Assembly: GCA_964016885.1 (NCBI GenBank)
Contig: OZ024740.1
Span: 287,494,001 to 287,558,000, forward strand
Length of the DNA stretch: 64,000 nucleotides
Origin: Eledone cirrhosa
Lineage: Eukaryota
Direction of reading: 5' to 3'
Below, piece after piece: positions 50,780 through 63,165 of the stretch; the first letter of the stretch is position 1, and each line of letters begins with the position of its first letter. Made by a program: the position numbers and the translations under genes. Under the pieces are notes generated by a model. That model did not search any database, was not told where the DNA came from, and saw only the letters and a program-made list of their open reading frames with translations.

Positions 50780-53700
50780 GTCTACAGCGTGATGGTGCCA
50801 CGCTAAAGTCACCGGGGGTGATGAAATCACCTGTGGTTATGTAACCATACATTCACCAATCCTCGATTGTTTAAATGTCGAACCTAAACAGTTTGAATGA
50901 TGGTGAAGAGGAGACTGGAACGTTATGTGACAGACTCTCACTCAGCAAGTGCTCTCTGGCCCAGCATCAGGGACCTGGCTGTCATCCAAATACTGCTGGT
51001 GTTGGAGGAAGAAGAAGGAAAGGGACAAGAACCAACTGGACAAAAGAATTGAATACAACTGTTATGCAATGTTACCTGAAGAGTAACCCCAAGGAAAAAG
51101 GCTATAGGAAACAGATGCATAACATCTGGAACGAGATTGGTCTATTTAAATTAGATGAACAAAAATTGGCCCGGGCAGGCCCAGGTAATAAGAACTAATG
51201 GATGGATAAGCGAATTGGAACTGGAGGAACTGAGCAGAGAAATTAGGTTGGAAATGGAGAGTGGAGTATGCCAGACAAACGAGCCAGTGGGAAATGAAGG
51301 TGAAGAGGTTGAGAGACCAGAGGAAGCATCCGAAGCAGACAATGATCTGAATGCTCACATAAATAACATCTGGAACAAAGATGCAGCCATTGAGGAAATG
51401 AATGCTGACGAGCTAGGGCAAGATTTGGTTGATATCCTAAACTTAGTGGTAGATGAAATGAACAATGATAGTGGGAAACCTATGAACCTAAGATTTGTAG
51501 ACAGGAAAAAGTTAAAAGAAACAACAGCTAAGGTAAACAGTCATCCCATACCTTAAGGCGAGGAACCTTCACCAATGCAACAATATCCTCAAAGCAACAG
51601 CAAATGCGGTGAGGAAATTACTTGGCATAAAAACGAGAGGAAACAACAAACAAGAAAGATCAGAACCTTGGTGGAAGAAACGACTGAATGGTCAAATCAG
51701 AGAAATGAGAAATGACATTGGAAAGCTCGAGTCCCTACTGAATGGGACACTACAAAACATAGACACTAAAAATAGATTGGAAATAAAGTACAAAACTAGG
51801 AGGAAAAAGCTAAATATTATCATAGAAGAACTGAAGCAACGCATTGTTGCAAAGAGTGCAAAGATTAGGCGGTATGAGAGCAGAGTCAGTCAGTATAGAC
51901 AGAACTGCATGTTTGACAACAACCAGAAGATGTTGTTCAGACAGCTTGAAGGGAAAGAAAGAGGCAACGACGTGATCCCTGAGGCGGATCAGACTAAGAC
52001 ATTCTGGAGAGGAATATGGGAGCAGGATGTTAAACATAATGATCAGTCAGTGTGGATTGAGACAGTACAAAAGGAGATTAATGAACAAGCACACCAACAA
52101 ACTGATTTGAGTATCACAGTTGAAACTCTTAAGGGGCAGGCCAAAAAACTAACCAACTGGAAATCACCAGGCCCAGATGGTGTGCAGGGGTATTGGATTA
52201 AAAATATAACATCCCTCCACCCGAAACTGACAACCATGTTCAATGACTGCTTGATGTCAGGTGAGGTACCAGAGAGGTTGACAAAAGGTACCACAGTCCT
52301 GGTAATGAAAGACCGAATCAAGGGTAATGATGTTACCAACTATAGACCTATCACATGTCTGTCCGTAATGTGGAAACTGTTAACAAGCATTGTGTCTGAG
52401 GAAATCTACCATCACCTCCACACAAACAACTTGTTACCGGACGAACAGAAAGGATGCCGAAAGAAGTCTTGTGGTACAAAAGACCAGCTACTTATTGATA
52501 AGATGGTAATGAGGAATTGCAAGAGGAGACACACTGGTCTTGCCATGGATGGATAGACTACAAAAAGGCATTCGACATGGTACCTCATTCTTGGATAACC
52601 AAAAGCCTAGAGATCTTCAAGGTGGCAGATAACATCAGACAGTTGTTGAGCAAAAGTATGAAGTCCTGGGAAACAGAATTAACATCGGGTGGAGAATCCT
52701 TGGGAGGCGTGAAGATCAAGAGAGGTATCTTCCAAGGAGATAGTCTGTCCCCTCTGTTGTTTGTCCTTGCCCTGATACCCCTGACCATTATACTGCGAAA
52801 AGTGAGAGCAGGATTCAAGTTGGGAAAAGGAGAGCTTACCACCAACCACCTCCTCTTCATGGACGATCTTAAGCTCTTCGAGAAGAGTGAGAAGGAGTTG
52901 GATGTGCTTGTTGACACTGTCCGTATTTTCAGCAGTGATATATGTATGCAATTTGGTATTAGTAAGTTTGGAGTCCTTGTGATGAAGAGGGGTAAATTGA
53001 GCAGAAGCAACGGAATCCAGGTACCAACAGGTGAGATGATAAAGGAAATTGACACTGAAGAAGGATACAAATATTTAGGTGTTCTGGAGGCAGATGACAT
53101 CAAGAACAAAACAATGAAGGAATTGATAAGATCTGAGTACATTAGGAGAGTAAGGAGCGTATTAAAATCACATCTAAATAGAAGGAATGTCATAAGTGCA
53201 GTGAATTCCCGAGCTGTGTCTATTATTAGGTACAGTGTGGGAATTCTGAAATGGAATGTTGCTGAACAAAAAGAAATGGATAGGAAGACTAGAAAGCCAT
53301 TGACTATCTACAACATGTTCCACAAGAGGAGTGATGTCGATAGACTCTACTTAAAGAGATCTGAAGGTGGAAGAGGCCTTATCAGCATAGAGGACTGTGT
53401 TCACATGGAGAAAAACAACCTGCACAAATATGTGACCGACAGTAGGGAGTCAATACTCAGAATTGTACTGAAGGAGAGAACAATAGACCAGAGGTTGTCC
53501 AAAGAGGAAATAACAACAAGGGGGAAGAGCAACCTTCATGAAAAATCCTTTCATAGTACCTTCTTTGAGAAAACTGAATTTAGAGATCCACAGACATGGA
53601 ACTGGTTAAAAAGAGGAGACCTTAAAAAGGCTACAGAAGGAATGTTAATGGCTGCGCAAGAGCAGGCACTCAAAACAAAGTGGGTGAAACACCATATTTA

Positions 53701-54369
53701 CAAGGAGGAGGCTAGCCCACTGTGTAGGATCTGTGGAGAGAGAGAGGAGACTGTGGCTCACATTGTATCCGAGTGTAAACACCTAGCGCAGACTCACTAT
53801 AAAGGCTGGAGACATGATGTGATGGACAGGGTGATCCACTGGCACCTAATCAAAGTAAACAATTTACCCCATTCTGAGAAGTGGTATGAGCATAAGCCAG
53901 AGTCGGTGATAGAAAACGATCAGGTGAAGGTGCTATGGGATTTTAGGATACAGACGGATAAATAAGAAACTGGAACACAATAGGCCTGATCTGGTGGTTT
54001 TGGACAAGGAAAAAAGATTGTGCCTGATTGTAGATGTAGCCTGCCCATTTGACACGAGAGTGCAAGAAAAGGACTTACCAGGACGATACCAGGACTTAAA
54101 GTGGGAGGTAAAAAGGATTTGAACTGCCATGAAGTCAGAGTTGTCCCGATTGTCATAGGCGCACTAGGTACTATCTCAAAGAGTTTCCAAGAATAGTTGA
54201 AGAAAGTTAGTCCAGCCCCGCTTTTTGGAACACTTCAAAAGGCATGCTTGCTGGGAACAGCAAGAACCCTCAGATACGTCCTGAATATCTGAGGCTGCAG
54301 GTAACGGCTTGATATTCAATTCAACAAACTTTCCAGTCAAATAACATAAATGACTGAGACTCAAAGAAC

Positions 54370-54417
<48 letters not shown>
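50780..54417 (+). mobile_element. Near-full-length R4/Dong clade non-LTR retrotransposon (single ORF broken by a few frameshifts/stops)
   Basis: N-terminal NWTKELN...GYRKQMH..W, EPWWKKRL, WKSPGPDG, NYRPITCL, EQKGC, WIDYKKAFD, GIFQGDSLSP, LFMDD, CRIC...HIVSEC (CCHC), RHD, RPDLV..IVDVACP (restriction-like endonuclease). (TAA)n tail. Confidence 0.92.
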
Positions 54418-54418
<1 letters not shown>

Positions 54419-54419
<1 letters not shown>

Positions 54420-54560
54420 AGAACAGACCTCAGATCGCTGGGGATCACAGTGGAGATGACGAAGGACCGTGACAAGTGGAGAGATGCTGTGCTGAATAAG
54501 ACCCGTCCCACCCTTGCAAGCAGGGAAATGCGGATGTAAAATGATGATGATGATGATGAC
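54419..54560 (+). mobile_element. RTE 3' end fragment (short-3'UTR type)
   Basis: Matches the reverse complement of 37340-37480. Confidence 0.8.
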
Positions 54561-55057
54561 AGTATACAGAAAATAGCACTACTAGGCATTGCACACATAT
54601 TACAAAGAATACTCTCAATGCAATAGAAACAACAACACTAAAAACAACACTGCACATATGCAAAGTGCACAGAGTTGTGCTCAGTAATGCAATGATGACA
54701 TGCAATAGAAATAATACTAATTTCTAATCTTGGCCCAAGGCCATATAAGCTTTGGAAAGGGTATAGCTGATTTAATGAAGTACCTCACTACCTTCTCAAT
54801 AATCACATGCACCTAGCCATAGACACACATCATTGATTTAATGTCAGATTTTTCACTCTGTTGTATGGAGATGCAAAGTGAATGATTGCATCAATGATTG
54901 AAATACACATAATACTACATAACCTCTCAGTTTATTCATCTGTTACAAATATGGTGGCAAATATAGGAATGTCTCTTGTGACAGGCTGTTAACCCAGCTA
55001 AAGATTTAGTTATCATTTATTCACTTTACACTCTGGAATTGCAAATAAATACCATAT

Positions 55058-55968
55058 CATCATCAACATCTTCATCATTTTACGTCTGCTTTTCCCTGCT
55101 TGCAAGGGTTGGAAGCATCTCTCCACTTGTCACAGTCCTTCGTCATCTCCTCTGTGAACTTCAGTGGTCTGAGGTCTGCTCTCACCACCTCCGCCCATAT
55201 TTTTTGTGATCTACCTCTACTGCGTCTTCCTTCTAGTGGGATTTCTTGGCACTTCTTTACCCAGCGGTCATCCTCCATGTGCATCACATGTCCATACCAT
55301 CTCAGCCTTCTCTCCTGCACACCACAACTTATGCCTCTTATACCCAGTTTCTTTCTCAACTGGTCTATGCTTGGTCGTTCACGCACATTGACATTGCACA
55401 TCCAATGGAGCATACTTGCTTTATTTCTCTCCAGCCATCGCATATCTTCTGCAGTTGATGCCCATGTCTCACTACCATGCAGCATTGCGCATCTTACACA
55501 GGCATCATATAACCATCTTTTCGTATGCAGGGAGAAACCCTTCTTTGTCAACAGAGGAAGCAGCTCCCTAAACTTCTTCCAGCTTGTCCTTATTCTAGAA
55601 TCTATGGCCTCGGAACACCCCCTCCCATGCTAATCTGATCACCTAGGTACCAGAAGCTATCAACCACTTCTATAGAATCCACCTGCATTGGAAAAATGTG
55701 TCTATCACTGCGATTACTACTGCCAACTTTCCCTCTACATCTACTGCATACATAGTTTTCCCTACCTGTTAGTTTGCCTGCTATCCCACTACATCTCTTG
55801 TGTACCCAAGATCTGCATTGCGTACATTTTATGGAATTTATGCCAGTTCATTTTCTGCATATCGAACATGGCCATTTCCCTAATGGAATCAGAGTATTGT
55901 CCTGTCTTCTACTTATCAATAGTTTTGTTTTAGCTATGTTCACTCTCAGTCTTCTTGATTCCAACTGC
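55058..55968 (-). pseudogene. RTE LINE 3' part
   Basis: ORF 55075-55551: LYDACVR..LHGSETW...RLRWYGHV...WVKKC. Homologous to 37340-38260. Confidence 0.88.
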
Positions 55969-57380
55969 TAGCCCCACTATTTTATGTCTGAGAAATGGGC
56001 AAAAATCTAAACCGTATTTATGTAAAATTTGAAGTTGGCGAAAATTGTCTAAATATTAACCTTAAATATAAGCTGACCCCCCACTCACACCCCACCCTTC
56101 TATCATCAATTTTTTGGTCCCATATTCCTTGGCTTATATTTTAGTAAATATGGTGTATTGTAGTCATCATAACCACTTTGATGAATGTGTGACCATTTAG
56201 AATTTTATGGTATCATTCTAACACTTTTTCTATTTCATCCATATACCTTTTCTTCTCTTACTCTATTCAATAAATAATTTAACCTGAAACATCAGATTCT
56301 TTTCTCTGCTTCTAATTTAGTGTAATTATTTTCATTGTATGCACATTGTTTACACTTTTGTGCATATTTTTTGTCCACCATGTGTCTCCTTGTTATCACT
56401 TTTGTGTACTATATTCAAACATTTGCTTCCTTTTTTTATTTGCGTCATTTTTACTGATATATAAGTATTATCAGAGAAACCATACTGAAGTGTCAGTGAT
56501 TAACTAGCACATACTCTAATTAATATACGTATATGTATATATGCGCAGTTTGTCTACAAAATCTTTTAATCTTTTTTCTTACAGATATAATGTATCTATG
56601 ACTATATTATCCAAAGTTTCGTTCGCTTTTTTTGGTATGGCTAAATGGTTAAGAAATTTGCTTTATTAATCATGAAATTCTGGTTTTGATCTTATTGTGT
56701 GGAATCTTGAGCAAATGTCTTTTATCATAATCTTGGGTCACACCAAGCCTTGTGAGTGAAATTGGGAGGACAGAAACTGTATAAAGGCCTATGTATGTGT
56801 GTATATATACATGTAAACTTTCTTTCCCACATTCTCCCTCTCACTCTATAACTATCTCTATTTCACACACACACATTCTCTCTCTCCTTGGATTTTATTG
56901 ATAATTCAAAGGTTCAGCCTTATTACATATTATGTCACACTGATTCAACATGAGAATTATACCGAAGGCTTATGAGTTTGTGGAATAATCAGCCACTTAT
57001 ATGTTAATTTAACAACTAGGGTGTTCAGTTGATTGGATTACTAATTGTAATCAATTTTTATTTAAGCAATATACTTCTTAAACTATACACTAAAATGAAA
57101 TGAAAATAAAATTTACAGCTCACACCTATGTAGGCTTAGCTGAACTCTTACAAGGTTGCATCTCATAGAAGATTTCTTGGGTGCTTTAATGATAGGTGGC
57201 TCCAGTCCTATCATTAAAAACAATGTAAAATAAAGCATCTTGTTCAAGAACACAATGTGCTGCCCAGTCAAGGGAGCAAATCAATGGTCTTATAATCTTG
57301 AGTCCAACATCCAAACCACTAGGCCATGTGCCTTCGGAAGCTATATGCTATCTAAACTATGATTATTAATTGTATGTAAA

Positions 57381-57496
57381 ATGAGTTCAAATCCCGCCGA
57401 GGTTAACTTTGCCTTTCATCCTTCCGGGGTCGATAGAATAAAGTACCAGTAATGCATTGGGTAATTGCTGGCCTTGTGCCAAAAGTAGAAACAATT
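57381..57496 (+). mobile_element. 5'-truncated SINE B with TSD
   Basis: attaattgtatgtaaaa duplicated on both sides (~57365-57381 and ~57494-57510). Confidence 0.8.
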
Positions 57497-57726
57497 AATT
57501 GTATGTAAAAGATAGGAATAGACAAGGAATGCTGGGTGAAATTGTAAGCTGAAAGTGGAAGATAACTTGTTCTATGATTGAAGACAAGCTAGACATTGGA
57601 AGAAATGGTAAAGTCAGATACTAAGATGTTAAGCATCTGTGTGAGATGAAAATGGTTGTGATAGCTTGTACAGCAGACCAGTCCAACATATGCCAGCAAA
57701 GAAAAGCAAATGCTAAAATGACATCT

Positions 57727-57766
<40 letters not shown>

Positions 57767-58066
57767 CAAAGAATCAAGAATTATAATGCTACTTCTGCTA
57801 CTACTGCACAAATTTATGATGATAATACATACCTACTGGCTGTAGCTGAAAATCATCATGATAATCATAGTGATGGAGGAGGAGGTGGGCAGTCTGCAAA
57901 GGCCAAAGGGCAAGCCTATTTCCCAAAGCCAAGAAAATATAAAAAATAATGCATCCATATACTCTTACAAATATGTGTGTTTGTGTGTGTGTACACATGA
58001 AAATAAACACACACACTCATATATATATATATATATATATATACAGAGTGAGAACTGTAGTTGATA

Positions 58067-58098
<32 letters not shown>

Positions 58099-58396
58099 CA
58101 TACACACGCACACACACATACACACACATATATATATATAGATACACATATATATATACATATATATATATAAATGTAAGTATGTATGTATACGTACATA
58201 CATATATGTATACAGACGTACAGTAGTATGTATATATATATACATACATGCACACATATATATATGTACGCATGGATTTACCGAACATTTATTATAATGT
58301 TCGGTTTCTTCGTTTGTAAACAAACAAACAGCCCGAATTACGCCGTACAGTGTTCAGGCAACCATCATCGGCCTTTTGTTCAACACTGACACAGGA

Positions 58397-58439
58397 ACGA
58401 TGTACTAGTTTCAAGCTTATTAGCTATCGTCAGCATCGT
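58397..58439 (-). ncRNA. Minimal type I hammerhead ribozyme (family 1)
   Basis: Reverse complement: ACGATG-CTGACGA-t AGC taataa GCT t-GAAA-CTAG-TA-CATCGT. Stem I differs from 3968-4010 by a paired U.G/A-U change. Confidence 0.85.
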
Positions 58440-58581
58440 ATACCTTTCTGCCAGATGATTGAACGTCTGAAAGTATATACTTTCCTTATGCATATTAACG
58501 GCTGAGCAGCCTAATTTGCATATCGGCGTAATTCGGACTGTTTGTTTGTTTACAAACGAACAAACCGAACATTATAATAAA

Positions 58582-60419
58582 CTAGCTGACATACCCAGCT
58601 TCGCCCGGGTAAACAGATGATAATAGAAGACAGGTAAAAGAGAAAATGACTGTATTGGATGTTTGTCTGGTTACAGTATGAGGCGAGTCCGTGGTGTCTT
58701 TGTGATACAGAAAACAGTAAAAAAAAATCTTCCAGATATATGAGATTCTTCGTTGAACCGTTTGTGCATAGTATATGAACAATTCTAGATGCTCCCACCT
58801 AGAATAGTGACCTCTAGGAGATGGTTCATCTTCTGCCTGACTATAAAACGTGTATCATTGCATAGGCGTGGTTGTTCCACGTTTCTCAAAAGGATGATGG
58901 AACTTCCAATCTTTTATATTATATGTAGATATAGATATAGATAATTAATATAAAAGATGATGCTCAGCCAGTTCATCTTCAACCATCGCAGCACGCCGTC
59001 GCTGCTTGGCTCCAGTGTTTCGTTGGCGTTGTTCAGTCAGCTCCTCTTCATTCATGGCGGCACGTCTTCGCCTCTGAAGTTTGGCTTTCCGATGGCGCTG
59101 TTCGGCCCGTTTTTCTTCATTCCTGGCTGCACGCCGTCGCCGCTGTAGTTCACTGTTTGATCAAGTCGAATTGCTTTTATTATCAGTATTCATTTCGAGC
59201 AATTGTCAAAAAATGACACAATAATAAATATAAAAGATGTCCGTCAATGTAAAAAAAGGTCCCTATTTACTCCCTTCACAACTCTGTGTATGTTAGACTG
59301 ACAGACAGGCGCACAGACAGATAAACTGCATGTTGATTGTGGAACGCCCCACGTACATACATATACACGCATGGAAATGCGCACACGCACGCAAACTTAC
59401 ACACGCACCCGTGCACTTACACACACTTACACACGCACCCGTGCACTTACACACACTTACACACTCACACATGTTGATAGTTTTTACTTTCTGTGGAACG
59501 CTGCATGCACGCACACATAAACATACACGCACGTACATACACACGCACACATGGTAATAGTTACAGCGTTCACTTTGCCTCTGTTTCTTACTCTCCCCTC
59601 TCACTCCCTCATTGGCATTATGCGTATTAATTTAAGTTTGGCGTCGTTGAGGTGGGCGGAGTCGTTTGAAACCTATGAACCAATGATAATCAAGAATTAT
59701 GACACACGGAATACTGACGTTGTTGAAATTAATATATATGTTTCTTTATTAGCCACAGGGGCACAAAAGAAGAGGACAAATACAAAGGGGAAGTTTACAT
59801 ACAATAAAAACGTGTAAAATGTTATCACAAATGGAATTTAAAAAATTAGTCGATTTTCCCCAATAGGGGGAGACACTTCATATGGGTAACACATACCCCC
59901 CCAAAAATGTGCAACCCTCATCTCCAGGAGTACGAAGAGTTTGTACCCCTTTCCTCTCTTCCTCTTTTTCCTCAACCTACAGGCTGATATAGAGAGAAGG
60001 CCCATTCACTCGGGCCATTCTTGCCACTTTCACCCACCTTTCATAAAACTTGCTGGGGTACAGCACCTCTCTCTCCATCCTGATTCTTCTTCCAAAGTGG
60101 TATTTGAAAAAAAGAATCAGTTGTTGGCCGGAGAGAAAGGTGTCTGACCTCAGCCCTTTCAACCTTGTCCACCATACAACCTCTTTCGCCATAACTATCA
60201 CACAAAGGAAAACTGCCTCTCCTTCGTTTTTGAAGGGGGGTGGTGGTTTGATCATGACAATGGACTCGGTGGTCAACCGGATTGGTCCCACCCGCGACAA
60301 TAGTCGTTCTACATAGCCCCACATGTCAGTGACGCCCGGGCAGTGTATGAATGCGTGCGCGACGGTTTCTTCGTCTCGCACACACCTGGAACAGATCTTT
60401 GTTGAAATTAATATATAGA
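58582..60419 (-). mobile_element. Composite non-autonomous Helitron inserted at A|T with no TSD
   Basis: Minus strand starts TCtatatattaatttcaac (60419) and ends acccgggcgaagctgggt...CTAG (58585-58582). A second 5'-type end at ~58929. 23-aa LQRRRRAA repeats at 58958-59148. Confidence 0.75.
59739..60398 (-). pseudogene. L1/Tx1-like LINE 3' fragment with 19-bp TSD
   Basis: CSRCVRDEETVAHAFIHC zinc knuckle, ..VVWWTR.. motif, aataaagaaac end. ttgttgaaattaatatata at 59720-59738 and 60399-60417. Confidence 0.75.
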
Positions 60420-61371
60420 TGTTCGGTAAACCCATACGTACATATATATATGTGTGTGCATGTATGTATATATATATATACATACTACTGTACGTCTGTA
60501 TACATATATGTATGTACGTATACATACATACTTACATTTAAGTATCAGCCATACTAAGAGTGAGAAATGAAATTTCGTTTTATTCTTTTCCATTTATATA
60601 TATATATATACATATATATATAGTTACACACACATATGAGAGGGAGAGAGGGGGGGGGGGGGTAGGAGAGAGAGAAACAGAGAAAGAGACACGGAGAAAG
60701 AGGGAGGGAGATATAGTTATAGGCAGAAGTCTGACCAGAGATTCTGTGTAGTATAGACTGTGAAGTGTTAAATGTGTTGAGTAAGTTTACAATTTATCAG
60801 CGTTATTAGTTATGTTTGATGAAGTATAAAGTAACAGCCTCATATGTAATCGATATATTATTTTTAATTCCACAGAAATTTTCTATGAAATAAAAGTACA
60901 ACAAATATTTTTTGTCATTCAATATCTGGTTATATATATGTGTGTGTATGTGTGTGGTCGCTTTTTCCTCTATAGAAAAAAATTGGCTGTGTTTTGACCT
61001 GGAGAGGGTTGGGCTCCACCAGGTTTAAAAGTGCCCCTAGAGACGCCGTTTGACAGTGCCTCTATGGCTCCACAAGGAGTTATGGGATCTTTATCCTAAC
61101 CTCATACACATAAACACACATATATCTGCGTGTGTTGAGAGCTTACCTTGGAGACTTTTGCAGTCTTGCACAGCCCCAACACCGCCTTGCCCTAAGCCTA
61201 GATCCCATCACCCTCCCTTTTCCCCCTCCCACTCTTCTGTGACCCTAGAGCCCTTGTCCTTCCCTTCATTTTCCATTTTTTTTAAAAATATCTGTAGTGT
61301 TGTTATTTGCAATAGATTTGTTTAGAATTTTTTTGATTTTCATTAATAAAACATATTTAGCTGATAGATTA

Positions 61372-61558
61372 TATTGTATTTTTCAGGACATAAGACACAC
61401 CTTTTTGCCTCAAAGTTTGATTTCAAAATCTACCTCTGTCTTATACACCAAAATAAAAATCATAAACACAACTGTATCTATTTTTTCCAAATTTTTTTTC
61501 TTGAAAATAAAGGTACATCATATATATTGTTCTATTTTATGACCTGAAAAATACAATA
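61372..61558. mobile_element. pogo/Tc2-type MITE
   Basis: TA-ttgtatttttcaggacataa ... ttatgacctgaaaaatacaa-TA terminal inverted repeats. Confidence 0.65.
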
Positions 61559-61827
61559 ATTTTGAAATTGAGGTTTTGTCCTAATTTTCCTCCTGATAAT
61601 AAGGTCTCTATGTTTCAATAGTATTAAATTCTATAAAATTTAATGCAGAAATATTTCCTGATATTTTGGTTAGATTTATTTATTTGTTGTAACATTTGCA
61701 TTACTTATGTGTATTTATTTGCTTATGCAATTATATGTGATGATAGATTACATGAGAAACCTATGTAAACATGTTGCAAGCTGTTTATATATATATATAT
61801 ATATAGTGTTTATATATATATATAGCT

Positions 61828-61889
<62 letters not shown>

Positions 61890-61936
61890 TGTTTATATAT
61901 ATATATAGCTGTTTATATATATATATATATATATAT

Positions 61937-62127
61937 ATAGGAACCAGTAAGACCCCGACAGCTGAGCTCAAGCCGTTTTGACGGCTAATTCTGTCCAGAA
62001 TTAGCCGTCGAAACGGCTTGAGCTCAACTGTCTGGGTCTTACTGGTTCCTATTACCCACTCTACTACCCCAAGTATTGAGTACTTTGGTGCGTTATGGTC
62101 CACCTGGTTCCTTACCCCATTTCCCTC

Positions 62128-62133
<6 letters not shown>
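61937..62133 (+). mobile_element. Penelope-like 3' fragment with a 116-bp 5' fold-back palindrome
   Basis: 61937-62052 is a near-perfect palindrome centred on GACGGCTAATTCTG tc CAGAATTAGCCGTC, followed by GAAA-cggc-TT. Embedded in (TA)n. Confidence 0.55.
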
Positions 62134-62206
<73 letters not shown>

Positions 62207-62799
62207 GCATATATATATATATACTATATATATATACCGTCTAACCCATGCTAGCATGGCATGGAAGATGGACGTTAAACGATGATGATGATATATATAT
62301 ATACATACATATATATTACCCACCATTGCCCAGGTTACTGCTGTTCTTATTCAGATTAGTAAACAATAAATATGAAAATATGTTTTTTTATCTCATAATT
62401 ATTTTAAGATATCTATATTTTATTAATAAAATATCAAAATTGTAATGATAATAGAATTTAGAAATGAAAATCTGTCAATCTTGAAGCACCTTAGGGTAAA
62501 CAATATTCATTGTGTAATTTTTGGTTGGTGTCCAAATGAATAAATTGTTGCTCACACACATACATACGCTCTCACATACACTCACATACATATACTAAGA
62601 CAGACATATACATAGCTTTGCACCTCATTTTTTTGTCAGCGCCACGTATGTATATGTATTCGTAGATGTGTGTGTGTATTTAATAACGTACATAATGAAC
62701 ATGCACACACACACACTCACAGTCATATACATATTCATATACAAAATGTGATGTCATTGTGTTGTTTTCTATTGTTTTAATCCAAATGAAAATAAAAAT

Positions 62800-63165
62800 T
62801 ATCACACACACACTCTCACATACACTCACACACACATACTCTCACATATACTCACACATACATACACTCTCATGTACACTCACATACATATACTAAGACA
62901 GACACACACACACATACACTCACACACACATACTCTCACATATACTCACACATACATACACTCTCATGTACACTCACATACATATACTAAGACAGACACA
63001 CACAGACATACACTCTCATGTACACTCACATACATATACTAAGACAGACACACACACACATACACTCACACACACATACTCTCACATATACTTACACATA
63101 CATACACTCTCATGTACACTCACATACATATACTAAGGCAGACACACACAGACATACATTCATGC
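62800..63165. repeat. CA-rich tandem repeat (~90-95-bp units), probably within a Helitron-like element whose 5' end lies at ~63505 (-)
   Basis: ctctcatgtacactcacatacatatactaagacagacac is repeated 4 times. The reverse complement at ~63505 reads atctctctcgatataaaattatttgtctgtctg. Confidence 0.6.

Larger units (their letters stand above)
58171..60596. mobile_element. Retrozyme-like repeat, locus 4 (minus arm 58171-58525; plus arm 58524-58581 resuming at 60420-60596)
   Basis: The plus arm ...attataataaa|tgttcgg... is split by a 1.84-kb insert. Ends ccattta(TA)n. Confidence 0.8.

Noticed and set aside
50786-50870. Pistol, twister or HDV ribozyme assignment for the Dong 5' structure
   Set aside because: The P1-loop-UAAA start resembles pistol, but the downstream conserved elements could not be matched. 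Kept only as an unclassified candidate.
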